A stretch of DNA of 62,802 nt, the filler included, from Octopus bimaculoides (Eukaryota), in NCBI RefSeq assembly GCF_001194135.2. It is 5 parts of 5 records of this genome, joined end to end, with 100 filler letters (N's around TTAATTAATTAA, not from the genome) between each part and the next. Parts side by side here need not be neighbours in the genome. Positions count along the whole stretch, not along the records: positions 22,888 to 38,510 come from NC_068983.1; positions 38,611 to 48,104 come from NC_068998.1; 3 more parts are not named here. One strand, given 5' to 3'. The first letter of the stretch is position 1. Every line of letters begins with the position of its first letter. A program made the position numbers and the translations under genes. Shown here one piece after another: positions 26,239 to 39,167 of this stretch. The notes under the pieces are model-generated. The model saw only the letters and a program-made list of their open reading frames with translations. It was not told where the DNA came from and made no database searches.

Positions 26239-26762
26239 TTCATTACTCAGTTTTATTTCATGATTTCTTGCCAATAGAGAGAGAGCCGGTTTCTAACTTA
26301 GATTCAAAGCTCCTTCATTGGAATTTCAACATCAACAATAGGGTATGTATGTGTGCATATATGTATGTTTGTATACGCACGGATTTGTATGTTTTGTTAT
26401 ATGTATGTCTCCTCATGCATATAATTGCATATCTAGACATGCTCATATACACCTAAATAAATAAAAAAAAACTTCTGGAAAGTTTTACAGATTTTTGCAG
26501 TTCCAGTGAAGGATTGATCTGTAGTCTTCGAATCAGCTTTCTCCTTTTTGGTTTTGAGAAACTTAATTTCTCAAGACTTGTATTTAGGTACTGTGTAACA
26601 TATCTCAGTGCCACAATAATTACAGGTATAAACCTGAACATGTAATCTGTACAGAGTAACTGCAGATTTCTCAATAGCTTTGCATAGGCATTCTTTTTTT
26701 CACTGCTCTTCAGCTTTATGTTAACATGCGCTAGGCAGCTAAGTTCCACAACCGTAAACAGT
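26239..26762 (-). mobile_element. 5'-truncated R4/Dong-clade non-LTR retrotransposon (RLE domain + 3' UTR) in (CATA)n
   Basis: VVELSCLAHVNIKLKSSEKKNAYAKLLRNLQLLCTDYMFRFIPVIIVAL..KLIRRLQ; homologous to 47093-47540; (TATG)n on both flanks. Confidence 0.88.
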
Positions 26763-27114
26763 GTATGTATGTATGTATGTATGACACGAATTAACACGAG
26801 TTGCAGGTCCCTCTTATGATATTCTCGTCATCGTTCAATGCGCTATTCAGCGGCTCATCGTAAATAAAATACAGCGTGACAGCGTTAAGCAGTGATGTGT
26901 GCAAATGCAAACTTGTTACCAGTTCACATATGCTTGTGACATATTACAGATATAAGATATTGAAAGACCGTAGAGCAAAAAATATTTTACCTGCAAACAT
27001 CGCTGTTTATCTACAAACATCGCTGTTGAAACTAAATATGGGCAACGTCAGTTACATCAGGGGAAAGGGCTGCATAGATAATGAGGAATTCCCGTTCTCC
27101 TCTCCATAACTTAC

Positions 27115-27245
27115 AAATATAAAAATTTGCTGCGTTATTAAGAACACATGTCTCTTTTAGAGATTGTGGTTTAGTAATCAGTGCTTTTAATTCAGTATGA
27201 AATTCACTACCATTAGTGTTCATTGTATCAACATAATACATCATG
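27115..27245 (-). CDS. Tentative exon MMYYVDTMNTNGSEFHTELKALITKPQSLKETCVLNNAANFYI
   Basis: tttgttag|C ... TTT|gtaagt; 131 nt open; phase-compatible with 28024-28068. No recognisable homology. Confidence 0.25.
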
Positions 27246-27636
27246 CTAACAAATATTTCTTTTTTCAATGTCAGCATGGGTAGCTATGACTGATATGAGT
27301 TATGCGAATTATGGGCTTTTACGTTGTAGATACGCTTAAAAGTGTATTAAACTCGAAAGTTATTAGCGTATAGAGCGATGGCCACACATTTTTCTTACGT
27401 GAATGCCCTCCAGCTGAACAGAACATTAAAGAACCAGTCAAAGAATTTGTTGTATATGTCATTGTTACAATTATCGATAGGATATCTTTTTAATTTAATT
27501 GTCAATTATCTTAATTGATCTTCCATTTGAGTGGCATAGCAATTAACAGAAATTTAACATATTAACAGTAATTTAACATTTCAGCTCAATTTTAATCAAA
27601 ATTTAATTAAAAGCATTAACAAGAGAATGTGATATC

Positions 27637-27759
27637 TCTTCTGACAAGAAATACTGAAATATTTAATTAAAATATTTAATTAGATATTTAAAATATTTAA
27701 TAAATTAAATATTTAATTAAGTATTTTAATTAAATATTTCAATATTTCTTGTTAGAAGA
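27637..27759. repeat. 123-bp AT-rich near-perfect palindrome
   Basis: Arms of about 56 nt (27637-27692 and 27704-27759) with 4 mismatches by manual alignment. Confidence 0.85.
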
Positions 27760-27839
27760 CATTTGATAAATATCTAACATTTAATTTAATTAAAAAATAT
27801 ATGTAATTTAATCGAGAATCGTGATAAAGAGCTGTGAAA

Positions 27840-27950
27840 CCGATTTAAATGAGGAAATGGAATACATATCAGTAAAAAATTCGGAGAACAAAGAATTTCG
27901 AAAAAGAAGCATCATTTGGTTCAACCCATCCCTCTGTATGAATGAAGCCG
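27840..27950 (+). mobile_element. Penelope-like element ORF fragment
   Basis: KNSENKEFRKRSIIWFNPSLCMN resembles the PLE RKRxIIWFNPP motif. Confidence 0.65.
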
Positions 27951-28023
27951 AATTTCCTCACCATTTACGTTTAAACTGAAATCCTTGCCCGGCAGAGAAG
28001 TACTAGATTCTTATATGTCTTAC

Positions 28024-28068
28024 TTCTCTACCAAGCATAGATTTCTTTCTTTTCCTTTCGAGGCACAC
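28024..28068 (-). CDS. Tentative 45-nt exon
   Basis: Strong acceptor ttttcatttctttttcag|G and donor AGAA|gtaaga; two open frames (VCLERKRKKSMLGRE or CASKGKERNLCLVE). Confidence 0.35.
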
Positions 28069-28636
28069 CTGAAAAAGAAATGAAAACTGGAGAATAGTGA
28101 TTAGAAGTGGTTTCTGACGTATCAATCAGCAAATAGCAACTTATTTCTAGATACAGGTAAGTAGGCACTTTTTGTCTCTATTGATAATTCAAATCACATA
28201 ACAGCTGATTTGTTAAACAATTACCTGGTGTAGAATGGAATACTGAGAATAGCGGTGGACAGAAGCTTTAGCCTTGAATACATGAACTACTATTAATTAT
28301 TAGACTTATTTTTTCTGCTCAGTCAATAAATATGTATGTATGTATGTATGTATGTGTGTATGTGTGTATGTATGTGCATGTATGTATGTATGTATGTATG
28401 TGTGTGCATGTACGTATGTATGTATGTATGTATGTATGTATGTATGTATGTATGTATGTAGGCATCTGTCTGTCTGCTTGTATGTATATGATGCATATGT
28501 ATATGATACATACATATGTAGATGTGTGTGTATGCATGTGTATAATTTATTGAAATCAAATTTGTGTTTCAGTAAACCATATATTTTACAATATGTATTG
28601 AGCATACCTTTCTCTTTCGTTCAGCACAATTTAACA

Positions 28637-28669
<33 letters not shown>

Positions 28670-28696
28670 CATATTTGTACAAGTGTTGTATGCCTG

Positions 28697-28746
<50 letters not shown>

Positions 28747-28749
28747 TAT

Positions 28750-28935
28750 GTATATATAGGGGAGAATTCACAAAAAAACAGAACAAAAGACGAAGACAAG
28801 TGCTGTAGACAACAAACAGATGTATTAGTATAACGCTCGGGAAGTGAAAAAGTCTTTAACGTTTCGAACCTACGCTCTTCAACAGAAAGGAACACAGAAA
28901 GAAACAAGGAGAGAAACAAAGAATGTGTAGTGGCA
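28750..28935 (-). mobile_element. Penelope-like terminal repeat with a mutated hammerhead (28854-28889)
   Basis: Sister copy of 24200-24365; core reads CUGUUGA. Confidence 0.7.
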
Positions 28936-29714
28936 GATATATATATATATAGAGAGAGAAATTGATAAATAGACATGTGCATGCATTTGTGTGTATGTGC
29001 GTTTATGCGTGCGTGCGTGTATGTATGTATGTGTGTGTGTGTGTGTGTATGTGTGTGTGTTTACAAATAGTCTATACTCGGTGTTTTCCTGGTTCATAAA
29101 TAACTTAAAACAATTATTATCAAGCCATTAATTTCGTCTCCTTCCATCTTGAAGCTGATTTTCTGAAAGGCATATTTTGAGACGATACAGTATTTGGGAG
29201 GAAAAATAAAATAAAATAAAATAAACATGACTGAATGAGATTTAAAATAAAGCAGAAAGAACAATAACAATTTTAGACAAACACTTTAATGTTGCTTTCA
29301 TTATTCATAAATAAGATATAAAAATGAAAATATAGACGCGAAACATTACCGTAAAAGTATTTTAAATTATCAAATATATCTGTATAAAATTTTGTTCACG
29401 AATTGAAAGTAAGAAAGCTGATATCTGATTTTAAAATATACGTAATGTATAATAATATAAATAAATTGTAGAAATGTAATATGGAATAATTTCGATTTAT
29501 TATTCACTGGATGCCAAGATTCTTTTAAGAATGTTGACAAGTTTATCTTATGTGAAATCTTAATTTCGCCAACCAGAGACATCATTATTACTCTTACATT
29601 AGCACAATTTCATGTTTGAGAAATTTAAAGATAGAAAGGGAAAAACCAGCAAAAAACAATGAATATTTGTATTTTCACATTACACTGGGAAAAATAGTGT
29701 AATTGTGGCGAGGA

Positions 29715-29750
29715 AGAAGGGAAGTGTGCCGCGGGCGACGCTTTTATAGG
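29715..29750 (-). promoter_or_regulatory. Candidate TATA-box core promoter
   Basis: CCTATAAAAG, then a GC-rich spacer (cgtcgcccgcggc), then a pyrimidine-rich start region about 25-30 nt downstream; donor AAT|gtaaga at 29598/29597. Confidence 0.35.
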
Positions 29751-30038
29751 AACTTCATAACAACTATGTTTAAAAAGTGGGCTGCATGAAACATGACACA
29801 CTATCAAGCGGGCTTCACTACTAAAAAATGTCAATAAACGTTATTTTCATCGTGTATTTTGTATAGCACTTGGGATTCGAGAAATGATCTCTGTAAAGGA
29901 GACAAACATAGAAACATACATACGCGCACACGTACACGCGCGCAAACACACAAAGATATAAGCATACTCATACAAAGCTATTCATAAAGTGTGTATGTAT
30001 TCATCCTTTTGTTTGTTTATTTGTGTGTGTGAATGCGC

Positions 30039-30086
<48 letters not shown>

Positions 30087-31914
30087 CATCTCTGTGACAA
30101 AAGAAAGGAAGACACGTCTATATGGACGCTATTATATATTCAACTAAACCTTCCTACACTAGAACCCCGTAAATAAGGGTTAGTCATATCAGAATTTTTA
30201 ATCCCTGTGGAGGACACTCTCGCAATATAATGTATGGTGTAATATATAAACAAGAAAACTACCGTAAACTAAGAAATCAGAAACCCCTTAACGATTTCAA
30301 CCGTACAAGAATGAAGGACAGCTTAGAACAACGAGAACATAGGATATAAAGCATTCACAGACAACAGGTACATGAAACGTACTCCCCATCATTAGCTGCC
30401 AAACACTTTTCATGGTGGTTTTGATACTTGGGCAGTGTAAGATGTGTGTGTGCGTGTGTGCGGGCATGTGCGTGTGCGCGTGTGCGTGTGTGCGTGTAAT
30501 TACTTGTAGTGTGTACAGTAGTGTGTTGCATTTGTGAAATAGTGAGTAGAAGAAATTCAATAAACAGATTATCCAAGTAATTAGTAGATAAAACTCCCTC
30601 TAGATGTGTTAAATATCTAAAAAAAAATTAAAAAACAACAAAAAGAAACAAGCTAAGAAGATAATTTCAGCATAATCCTCCTTTCGTAAATTTTGGATAA
30701 TAAACTCAGTGCAGATTGGAATGCATCTTGTCTGGTAACGAGTGAGTGGTAACAAGGGAGATAACCTAAAATAGGAAACAACCAAAATTGCTCACAGCAA
30801 AAGGACTGTGTGGAAGACACCGAATGGGTTTGGTGGTGTGTTCACACTGGGTGATGGATTAAATCCTCTAATCATAATTAAATTTACGAGCCAATATTAA
30901 ATCGGCTACATAATCCCCCTGGTATACAATTTTGATAACTTTTACCAATGTGAAAATGAATGATGGTGAACTTTTTACTTTCCATTTCGTTTTTCATTAA
31001 ATGCTTTCGTCTGGAGAAATGGATTGTGATTAAGAGCTTCTCAGGGCCACTCAAATCTCTGATCAGCGGTCTTCTCGAACAGCTGTAAACTGACGACTGA
31101 AAAAAAAAAAAAACAGGCGTAGATGTGTGGTAAGAAGATTGCTTCCCAATTGGTTCCAAGTTCAGTCGCACTACATGGCGCTTTGGACAAGTGGCTTCTA
31201 CAATAGCCTCAGGCCGACCAATGCTTTATGATTGCATTTGGTAAGGAATGACCATGCTTCTTTTCTCTTTTAATAATACTTGTTGATCTTTCAACCATGG
31301 CTGCCTCTGCGTAGTTATTTGTATTGTTGTTTACTTTGTAAAACAGTAAGGGGAGAGGGTTGCTAGTACATCACCCTCTACCCACATTTCTCCCACCCAC
31401 ATCTTTACCACATGGGGCCCTAACAAAATCCGACAATAGTTATAGATGCATATCTATCTAATTACTTGTCTCCTTCTAAAATCAGGCATAACTTGGCAAT
31501 CGGACGACTTACAACAGCGTTTTTCATCTTGAGTTTATTTGGTAGAGTGTGCTTGTTAATTTGACAAGGTCAAGGTGAGCTCTGATTGGTTGTATGCAAA
31601 TGAGTTCATTACTGTGGTCCGGAACTCTCGTGGGGAAAAAAATTCACGTCCGAGCGATCGATATCACGATCTTACAATCGTGAGTGCGACTCATAACCAC
31701 TAGGCCACAGCTTTTACCAATGATAAAGGAACAGTTTTTTTTATTGTGGAGCAGCTAATGTCCTAGGGCAAAACATACACATCACACTCGCTATTGGTTG
31801 TTAACATGAGATGTAGTGTTGGTGGCAAGTGTGAGCTGATAGAAGTAGCTTCTTAGTGTGTGTGTGTGGCTTACGATCTTAGAATCTTGAAATACAAGGA
31901 AGAAGAGACAACAG

Positions 31915-32150
31915 AATATTTATTTCTTTATTGCCCACAAGGGGATAAACATAGAGGGGACATACAAGGACAGACAAAGGGATTAAGTCGATTACATCGA
32001 CCCCAGTGCTTAACTGGTACTTATTTAATCAACCCTGAAAAGATGAAAGGCAAAGTCGACCTCGGCAGAATTTGAACTCAGACTATAACAGCAGACGAAA
32101 TACCGCTAAACATTTCGCTCGGCGTGTTAATGTTTCTGCCAGCTCGCCGG
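31915..32150 (-). mobile_element. Family C SINE
   Basis: Near-identical to 21960-22190. Confidence 0.9.
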
Positions 32151-34154
32151 CCTTGAGATAACAGAATATTAAGAACGTTGTATTGTTATTGCGGTTGATT
32201 ACTAAAGGTTAGCCTTGATCGAGCAGACTTATAGCCAACGCCAATGCAGCTGTGACCATCTCATCCATCACAGGGATGTCAAGGAACATTGTCTAAGGTT
32301 TCATTTCATCGTTTAAGACATTGAGGTCTGATTCGATGGTTATATTATGTTACTTCCATCCGGCCATATCAGATGCTGTATTTTGAAGATTTCCGCACCC
32401 TAATAGAAGGCGAAGGCCCCTTAAACTACACGACAGAAACATTCAATGAAAAGAATTTAGAGCCAACCAAAGGTAATGAGGAATAGAGGATTTCGGCATG
32501 CAGTGGTGGTAGAAGATCTCTCGATTCATGGACTGGACGAGTTCCACTCATGCTGCAATACATTAATGTTATTACGCACCCTGATATGCGCAGATCTATG
32601 ATCAAAGACGCTTCGTATATGACCATCCTCCTCACTTTTACAAGTTTAGTGTGTCTATGACTACATTATCTGTTTAATTTATCATTTTAAGATAGATTGT
32701 ATGATCATAGGGAATTATTGCTATTGTCAAGAGGCCATGTAAAGGCTCCTTTGTTGAAAGTTTTTACGTGGTCTTCCGATTAGTCTAAGGTTAGTGTGCA
32801 AATAATACACGATATAATGTTAGCAGTGGAGTAGCTAGAGAGTGTGCTGCCTAGAGCAATCTTTGAGTTTGCCGTTCCCACTCTGGCACCTAACCCTATA
32901 CAAAAATCCCCAAAAGTGCCGCCCCATAAAGACGTCTTCAAATACAGACTACCCTCGCCGCATTAGGGGCAACTGAATGCTAGCACAGTCTGGGTTTGTC
33001 AAGAAATTGCATGAAATATGTTTCTAATCGATACCTCCTGTTGATCCCTTCAATTGATCCCTGTAATACCGAAGTACGTCTCAACTCTAAATTTAACCCT
33101 CTTTTAATAATAAACTAATGCTATTGAGATGACCCTGCATAAAAACTACTTATTACGTTTATCTTTCAGATAAAATCTCTGGTTTTGGCAGAATGTAATC
33201 GATGCTAGTTAAACAAACGCTCCTCAGGAAGATGTGATACAGCTTACTGTCCTAATCTAGGATCAAGCAACACGTGACTAACTGAGCATTATCTGTCCTT
33301 CCCAAGTTTATTTGGATAACAGATCGATACCAAAATCAATCAATTAGTGTCTGGCTTTGATACAAAGTAAATATTGTAGAAGTGACAACAATCCCATCTG
33401 GTTGCTTGAGGCTGGATTGGTAGAAACATTGAAGCATTTTCGATAACCAACTCTAATACTAACACAGAATAACACACACACACACATACATGCACACGAT
33501 AGATATGTATGCGCGGACTTAGACACTCGTATATTTACATACATTAATATACTAAACATCATGTAATTTTATCTAATTAGCATACTAAAATAGTAACTTG
33601 GTTATACATTAAACAATCATTCATTCATACATACATACATATACATTCAGTGATAAGGAAAAGTAGGTATACAGTCACCTAATATGAGTGGTATGTTTTT
33701 TCCATTTTTCTATTTCTTTTTTAGGATAAGAATTCTATGATTGAAATATTATTATTTCTAAATCTTTCAAAGAGACATTCAGTAAGTTATTTAAAGTAAA
33801 GGCTATTTGCCAACATAATGTGGCTGTCCTGAAAGGGATGATGTTACTGTTGTTTTAGTCCCCACAAAACATCGTTTCTAGCTGGCTATATGACACACTA
33901 TCTGTGTCCTTATATTTTCGAACAGGGAGTTCAGCATCCCCATCAAGTACAAAACAACATCTGTGGACTAGTTTCTGGGTTATTGCTCCTTATCAACACA
34001 GAGTCGCTGCTTTGGCCTCATGGCGCTGCTGAATTCACCGTTCGAACATATAGTTTTCAAAGTGACACACAGTCATTATGATTCTAAGATCTTTTTAACT
34101 AATTCTTTTTGTAATAAAGTAATTATTCGTGATTTCAGATATTGGTTACATGGC

Positions 34155-34480
34155 TGGAAATTTTACCGACGATAGTCAAAAGTGACTCATCAAACAGTAT
34201 TAGAAAACAGAGAATGCAGAAATGGTTAGACGGAAATGGACTGAAGAATTTCAAAGACCATCTCCGTCAAGATTAACAGTTTACAGACTGGGTCCATCTG
34301 CAATGCAAAGAAAAGTGGTCGACCGGCCAGCGTTACCACTGAATAAAATTAAATGCCTGTGGTTGAAGCATTCACCCAAAGTCCCCAGAAACCCCCAAAG
34401 GGTTTTCAATGAACTAGGAATCTCTCGCAGATCCCTTTGTCGACTTGTGAATCGCTTAGGCTTAAAAAAAGAAATAAGGA
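34155..34480 (+). mobile_element. Tc1/mariner transposase N-terminal relic (DUF4817-like HTH)
   Basis: KTENAEMVRRKWTEEFQRPSPSRLTVYRL..GSICNAKKSGRPASVTTE..VVEAFTQSPQK..ELGISRRSLCRLVNRLGLK across frameshifts. Confidence 0.8.
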
Positions 34481-34553
34481 AATGGAAATAGCATTCCACT
34501 CATTAAGCGAGTTTTGCCCACGCCTGTATATACGTAAATTAAAGTATATAACA

Positions 34554-34708
34554 CAGTGGTTCGCATCTTTTTCACAGTGGTTTCCAACAGTGGTCCCGAC
34601 CCTTTTCTTTAAAAGAATTTTCTCTAAATTTTGAATTTAGTCCACGGAACCCCAGTACTACTTTTGTGGACCAACAGAGGTCAGCGAACCCCAGGTTGGG
34701 AACCACTG
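34554..34708. mobile_element. hAT MITE
   Basis: CAGTGGTT.. / ..GGTTGGGAACCACTG TIRs; possible decayed 8-bp TSD ATATAACA / ATGTAGCG. Confidence 0.6.
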
Positions 34709-37447
34709 ATGTAGCGTGTGTGTGTTTGTATGTATGTATGTATGTATGCATGTATGCATGCATGTATGTATGTATGTATGTATGTATGTATGTATGTATG
34801 TATGCATGGTCGTATGATTTAGAAACTCGCTTGGCACCTTGGGCAAGTGTCTTCTACTACAGTCCCGGAATGATCAATGTCTTGTGAGTGAATTTAGTTG
34901 ACTGGGAACTGTCTGCAAGAATAATACTGACAGTAACTTCAAAGTTTCGGCCAGCCAAGTATGTATGTGTATATATATATATATNNNNNNNNNNNNNNNN
35001 NNNNNNNNNNNNNNNNNNNNNNNNNNNNNNNNNNNNNNNNNNNNNNNNNNNNNNNNNNNNNNNNNNNNNNNNNNNNNNNNNNNNNNNNNNNNNNNNNNNN
35101 NNNNNNNNNNNNNNNNNNNNNNNNNNNNNNNNNNNNNNNNNNNNNNNNNNNNNNNNNNNNNNNNNNNNNNNNNNNNNNNNNNNNNNNNNNNNNNNNNNNN
35201 NNNNNNNNNNNNNNNNNNNNNNNNNNNNNNNNNNNNNNNNNNNNNNNNNNNNNNNNNNNNNNNNNNNNNNNNNNNNNNNNNNNNNNNNNNNNNNNNNNNN
35301 NNNNNNNNNNNNNNNNNNNNNNNNNNNNNNNNNNNNNNNNNNNNNNNNNNNNNNNNNNNNNNNNNNNNNNNNNNNNNNNNNNNNNNNNNNNNNNNNNNNN
35401 NNNNNNNNNNNNNNNNNNNNNNNNNNNNNNNNNNNNNNNNNNNNNNNNNNNNNNNNNNNNNNNNNNNNNNNNNNNNNNNNNNNNNNNNNNNNNNNNNNNN
35501 NNNNNNNNNNNNNNNNNNNNNNNNNNNNNNNNNNNNNNNNNNNNNNNNNNNNNNNNNNNNNNNNNNNNNNNNNNNNNNNNNNNNNNNNNNTATATATATA
35601 TATATATATATATATATTATGTATGTATATACGACGGGAGAGAGAGAGAGAGAGACATACAGACAGACAGAGATACAGGCAAGCAGGCAGACAGACAGAC
35701 ATATGGATAGATAGATAGATAGATAGATAGATAGAAGCATGTATCCATGTTTGTATGTGTAAATATATGTGTGTGAGAAAAAGGGCCGAGTGAGGGCTAA
35801 AGAGGGTGAAAGAAGGAGAGAGATAAGCGAGGGAGGGAGAAAGAGAGTGAAACAGAGAGAGAAAAAGAGAGGCGAGGGGAGGGAAAAGCAGGAGAAAGAG
35901 AGAGAGAGAGAGAGAGAGAGAAAATATGTAATGGAAATTTCTGGAGTCGATTTCAAGTTACAAGTCACAGTTAGCAGGTGGCAAACAAGCTTGTTTTTTC
36001 TCTTCTGTAATATGTAGTAGCAATAGAATAGCTGAGCAAATCGAAAATCGATATTTGTCAATCTGTCACCTACCACCTACTGCATGTAGTTACAACATGT
36101 ACGTTACGACACATGCATGTTGCTAGTTCAATCCTGGATACTGTCAGGGCGCCACATGAAAGTATCTGAATTTATAGATTTCATTGATTTTGAAACTTGT
36201 TTCAACATTGCATTTATTCATTTCTTAACATCCTGGAGTCTGTTTTCCTAAATATCTGCGGCACAAGCGTAAAGCTGAAAAAAAAAATAAAGCATAAATG
36301 ATAAAATGAAAATAAAATCAGGTGTGGCTCTAAGTTAGCTTTCCAGCCCCATGGTTCCGGGTTCAGTTCCAATGCATGGCACCTTATGCAAGTGTCTTCC
36401 ACTATAGCCTCGGACTGCCCAAAACCTTGCGAGTGGATTTGGTAAACGGAAACTGAAGGAAACTCATTGTATATATATNNNNNNNNNNNNNNNNNNNNNN
36501 NNNNNNNNNNNNNNNNNNNNNNNNNNNNNNNNNNNNNNNNNNNNNNNNNNNNNNNNNNNNNNNNNNNNNNNNNNNNNNNNNNNNNNNNNNNNNNNNNNNN
36601 NNNNNNNNNNNNNNNNNNNNNNNNNNNNNNNNNNNNNNNNNNNNNNNNNNNNNNNNNNNNNNNNNNNNNNNNNNNNNTATATATGTAACTGAGAATGTGC
36701 GTGCGTGTGTCTGTCTGTTTGTTTGTATGTATGTATGTATGTATGTGTGCATCATTAAAACTCGACAACTACCCGATCGATTTCATTGAAATTTTACACA
36801 CACACTATCAATGAAAAAAGTAAAATAAAAAGAAAAGGAAAATAAAGAATATATAAAATAAAGAAACTCAGAAATTGTGATTTTCGATTTTTTGCTCATC
36901 TTCAAGTTCTTCAGTTTCTCCTTGAAACTGAACGTACATATAAGTATATGACATCTGTTTCCTAACAGCAACATTAATAGAGTTCAGCACATCTCTCGGT
37001 ACAGTTTTGCTCTTAATTGCACACATACTATCTGAAGCACATAAGGGATATAAGAACTCACCAAAATCCCATGCTTGCTTAGCTAAACATGCAAATATCT
37101 TATAATCAAGGATGAGCTGCTGTTTATAATAAACATAAGAATATATTGATCATAGTGGCTGACTACCGACAGATCTTGGCAACAGACTGATTGCTGGTAC
37201 AACTACATGCAACAAGAAGGTCAAAGACTTGGGTGACAAAGGCAAATCTGGAGCGGTGCTGCTGCCACGCACACTGACTTCTTGGACTGCATCTAAGAAC
37301 GATTCTCTCAACACTAAAACACCAATCTAAAGTCACTAAAATACCATTCTAGGATCAACAAACGCACTTTCTACTATTCTTTTACATCTGTTAATGGTTG
37401 GAGTCGGTGGGCTGCTGCCAGGCTGGAGCGCAGCCTTAAAACATATA

Positions 37448-38330
37448 CGAGGAGCGGCTGAAAAGCTCATAGGCTGACCAAGATATTCTCGTGGAATGGA
37501 ACCAAATGAGGTTTATTTTTCAACATAGTTCCCCTTGCAGTCTACATGCTTCTTCGAAGTTGCTGGTGAAGAAGCTTGTATTCCGTTGGTTATAAAAGTC
37601 ATCAACAACAGTCATCATCACTGCCATACTGGTTCCCAGTCAAATGTTTCTTTATATTGGAGAATAGATGATAGTCAGATGGGGCCAAATCAGAATACGG
37701 AAGGTGATCAACAGGTTCAAAACCACTGTCACGCACAACAGCCATTGAGACCAAGGACTTGTATGTTGGAGCATTGTCCTAATGAAGCAAGACACTTTTC
37801 GTCAGTTTTCGTGGACGTTTGGTCTTGATAACCTTTCATATCTGTCTCAAGTGACCATAGTATTTTCCAATGATGGTAGGGCTCTTTTTAAGACAGTGAT
37901 TAAGCACAATGCCTTTCGTATCCCCCCAAACAGGTCACACCTTCCCTGCAGATTAAACGACCTTGGCCTTCTTGGAGCAAGTGAGGATGGGTGTTTTCAC
38001 TGCATGGATTATTTACTTGTCTCTGGTGTGGTCGACCCATCACTGATCCTGGGTTAGGAACTGTTCAAAGAAACCAGTGAGATCTGTCTCAAATAATGTC
38101 AGATTTTCCCGTGATGTGATTAGCTTGGAGCGCTTTTGATCAGGTGTCAGAAGACGTGGCATCCACTGAACAGAAACCATCGATACGCCAAATTCATTGT
38201 GCAGATTATTCTCAACTCTCCCACAGTACATGCTAATGGAAAAGGCTATTTGATTTATAGTTAATCACCAGTCATCTATCGCCTTGTGGTGAACGCAATC
38301 AATGTTTTCTTCTGTGGTGGTAGTTGTAAA
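37448..38330 (-). mobile_element. mariner (DD34D) transposase pseudogene with TIR
   Basis: WMPRLLTPDQK, FLTQDQ*WV, LLH*DNAP and HLPYSDLAPSDYHLFSNIKKHL motifs; TA + CGAGGAGCGGCTGAAAAGCTC TIR at 37446. Confidence 0.92.
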
Positions 38331-38510
38331 ATGTCCATACCTTGGGTCATTTGCAACACTCCCCCCTTCCCCTCCTAAATTTCAGCTGCTCCTTTTTGCA
38401 CTGTTGATAAAGCTGGAGCGTCGTCCCCTAACGTCGCAAACATGTCAACATGAATGTCGTTGGGGGCTAAACCCTTTTTATGCAGGTACTTGATAACACG
38501 ACGATGCTAA

Positions 38511-38610
38511 NNNNNNNNNNNNNNNNNNNNNNNNNNNNNNNNNNNNNNNNNNNNTTAATTAATTAANNNNNNNNNNNNNNNNNNNNNNNNNNNNNNNNNN
38601 NNNNNNNNNN
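38511..38610. other. Artificial scaffold-join linker
   Basis: 44 N + TTAATTAATTAA + 44 N. Confidence 0.95.
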
Positions 38611-39024
38611 GGGGGGGGGGGGAAGAAGACACCCTAAAAATTGCAAGAGGTAAGGTATTGAGGTAGAGCTGGAAATGCAGGGATCCAACTGAAGAGAAGT
38701 GGAAAAGAAGACCCAGAGTCGAGAACCGTACAGAAAAGTCGTCGGTGGTCTCTACTCTATATAGAGAGAAGGGCTTAAGTGTGGCTGGAGATGGCATGCA
38801 ATTAGTCAGTACAAGGGAGACAAAACAATTGCAGTTGTGACCGAATAGGTAGAGAGAGAGGCGACAGGGTGTTTGTGAGCCAGAAGCTGGAGTGTTGCTG
38901 GTTGTATTTTCTGTCTAACATTTTACAGTGCTCACAGGGGGGAAAAAATAGGCAACGATATTGTGGCAAGCAATTACAAAACGCTTTATCCAAACAAAAA
39001 TACTTGTGGTCGAGGTCATGGTCT

Positions 39025-39037
39025 TGATGATGATAAT

Positions 39038-39072
<35 letters not shown>

Positions 39073-39167
39073 TGATTATATGATTGACGACTACAACGAC
39101 TACAACGACGACGACTACAACGACGACGACGAAGACGACGACGACGAAGACGACGAAGACGACGACG
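39025..39167. repeat. (GAT)n/(GAC)n triplet array running into a gap
   Basis: Direct reading. Confidence 0.95.

Noticed and set aside
30980-31097. 118-nt minus-strand exon with a strong acceptor
   Set aside because: The polypyrimidine tract is the poly-A run next to a family B SINE; the donor is weak and the peptide unrecognisable.
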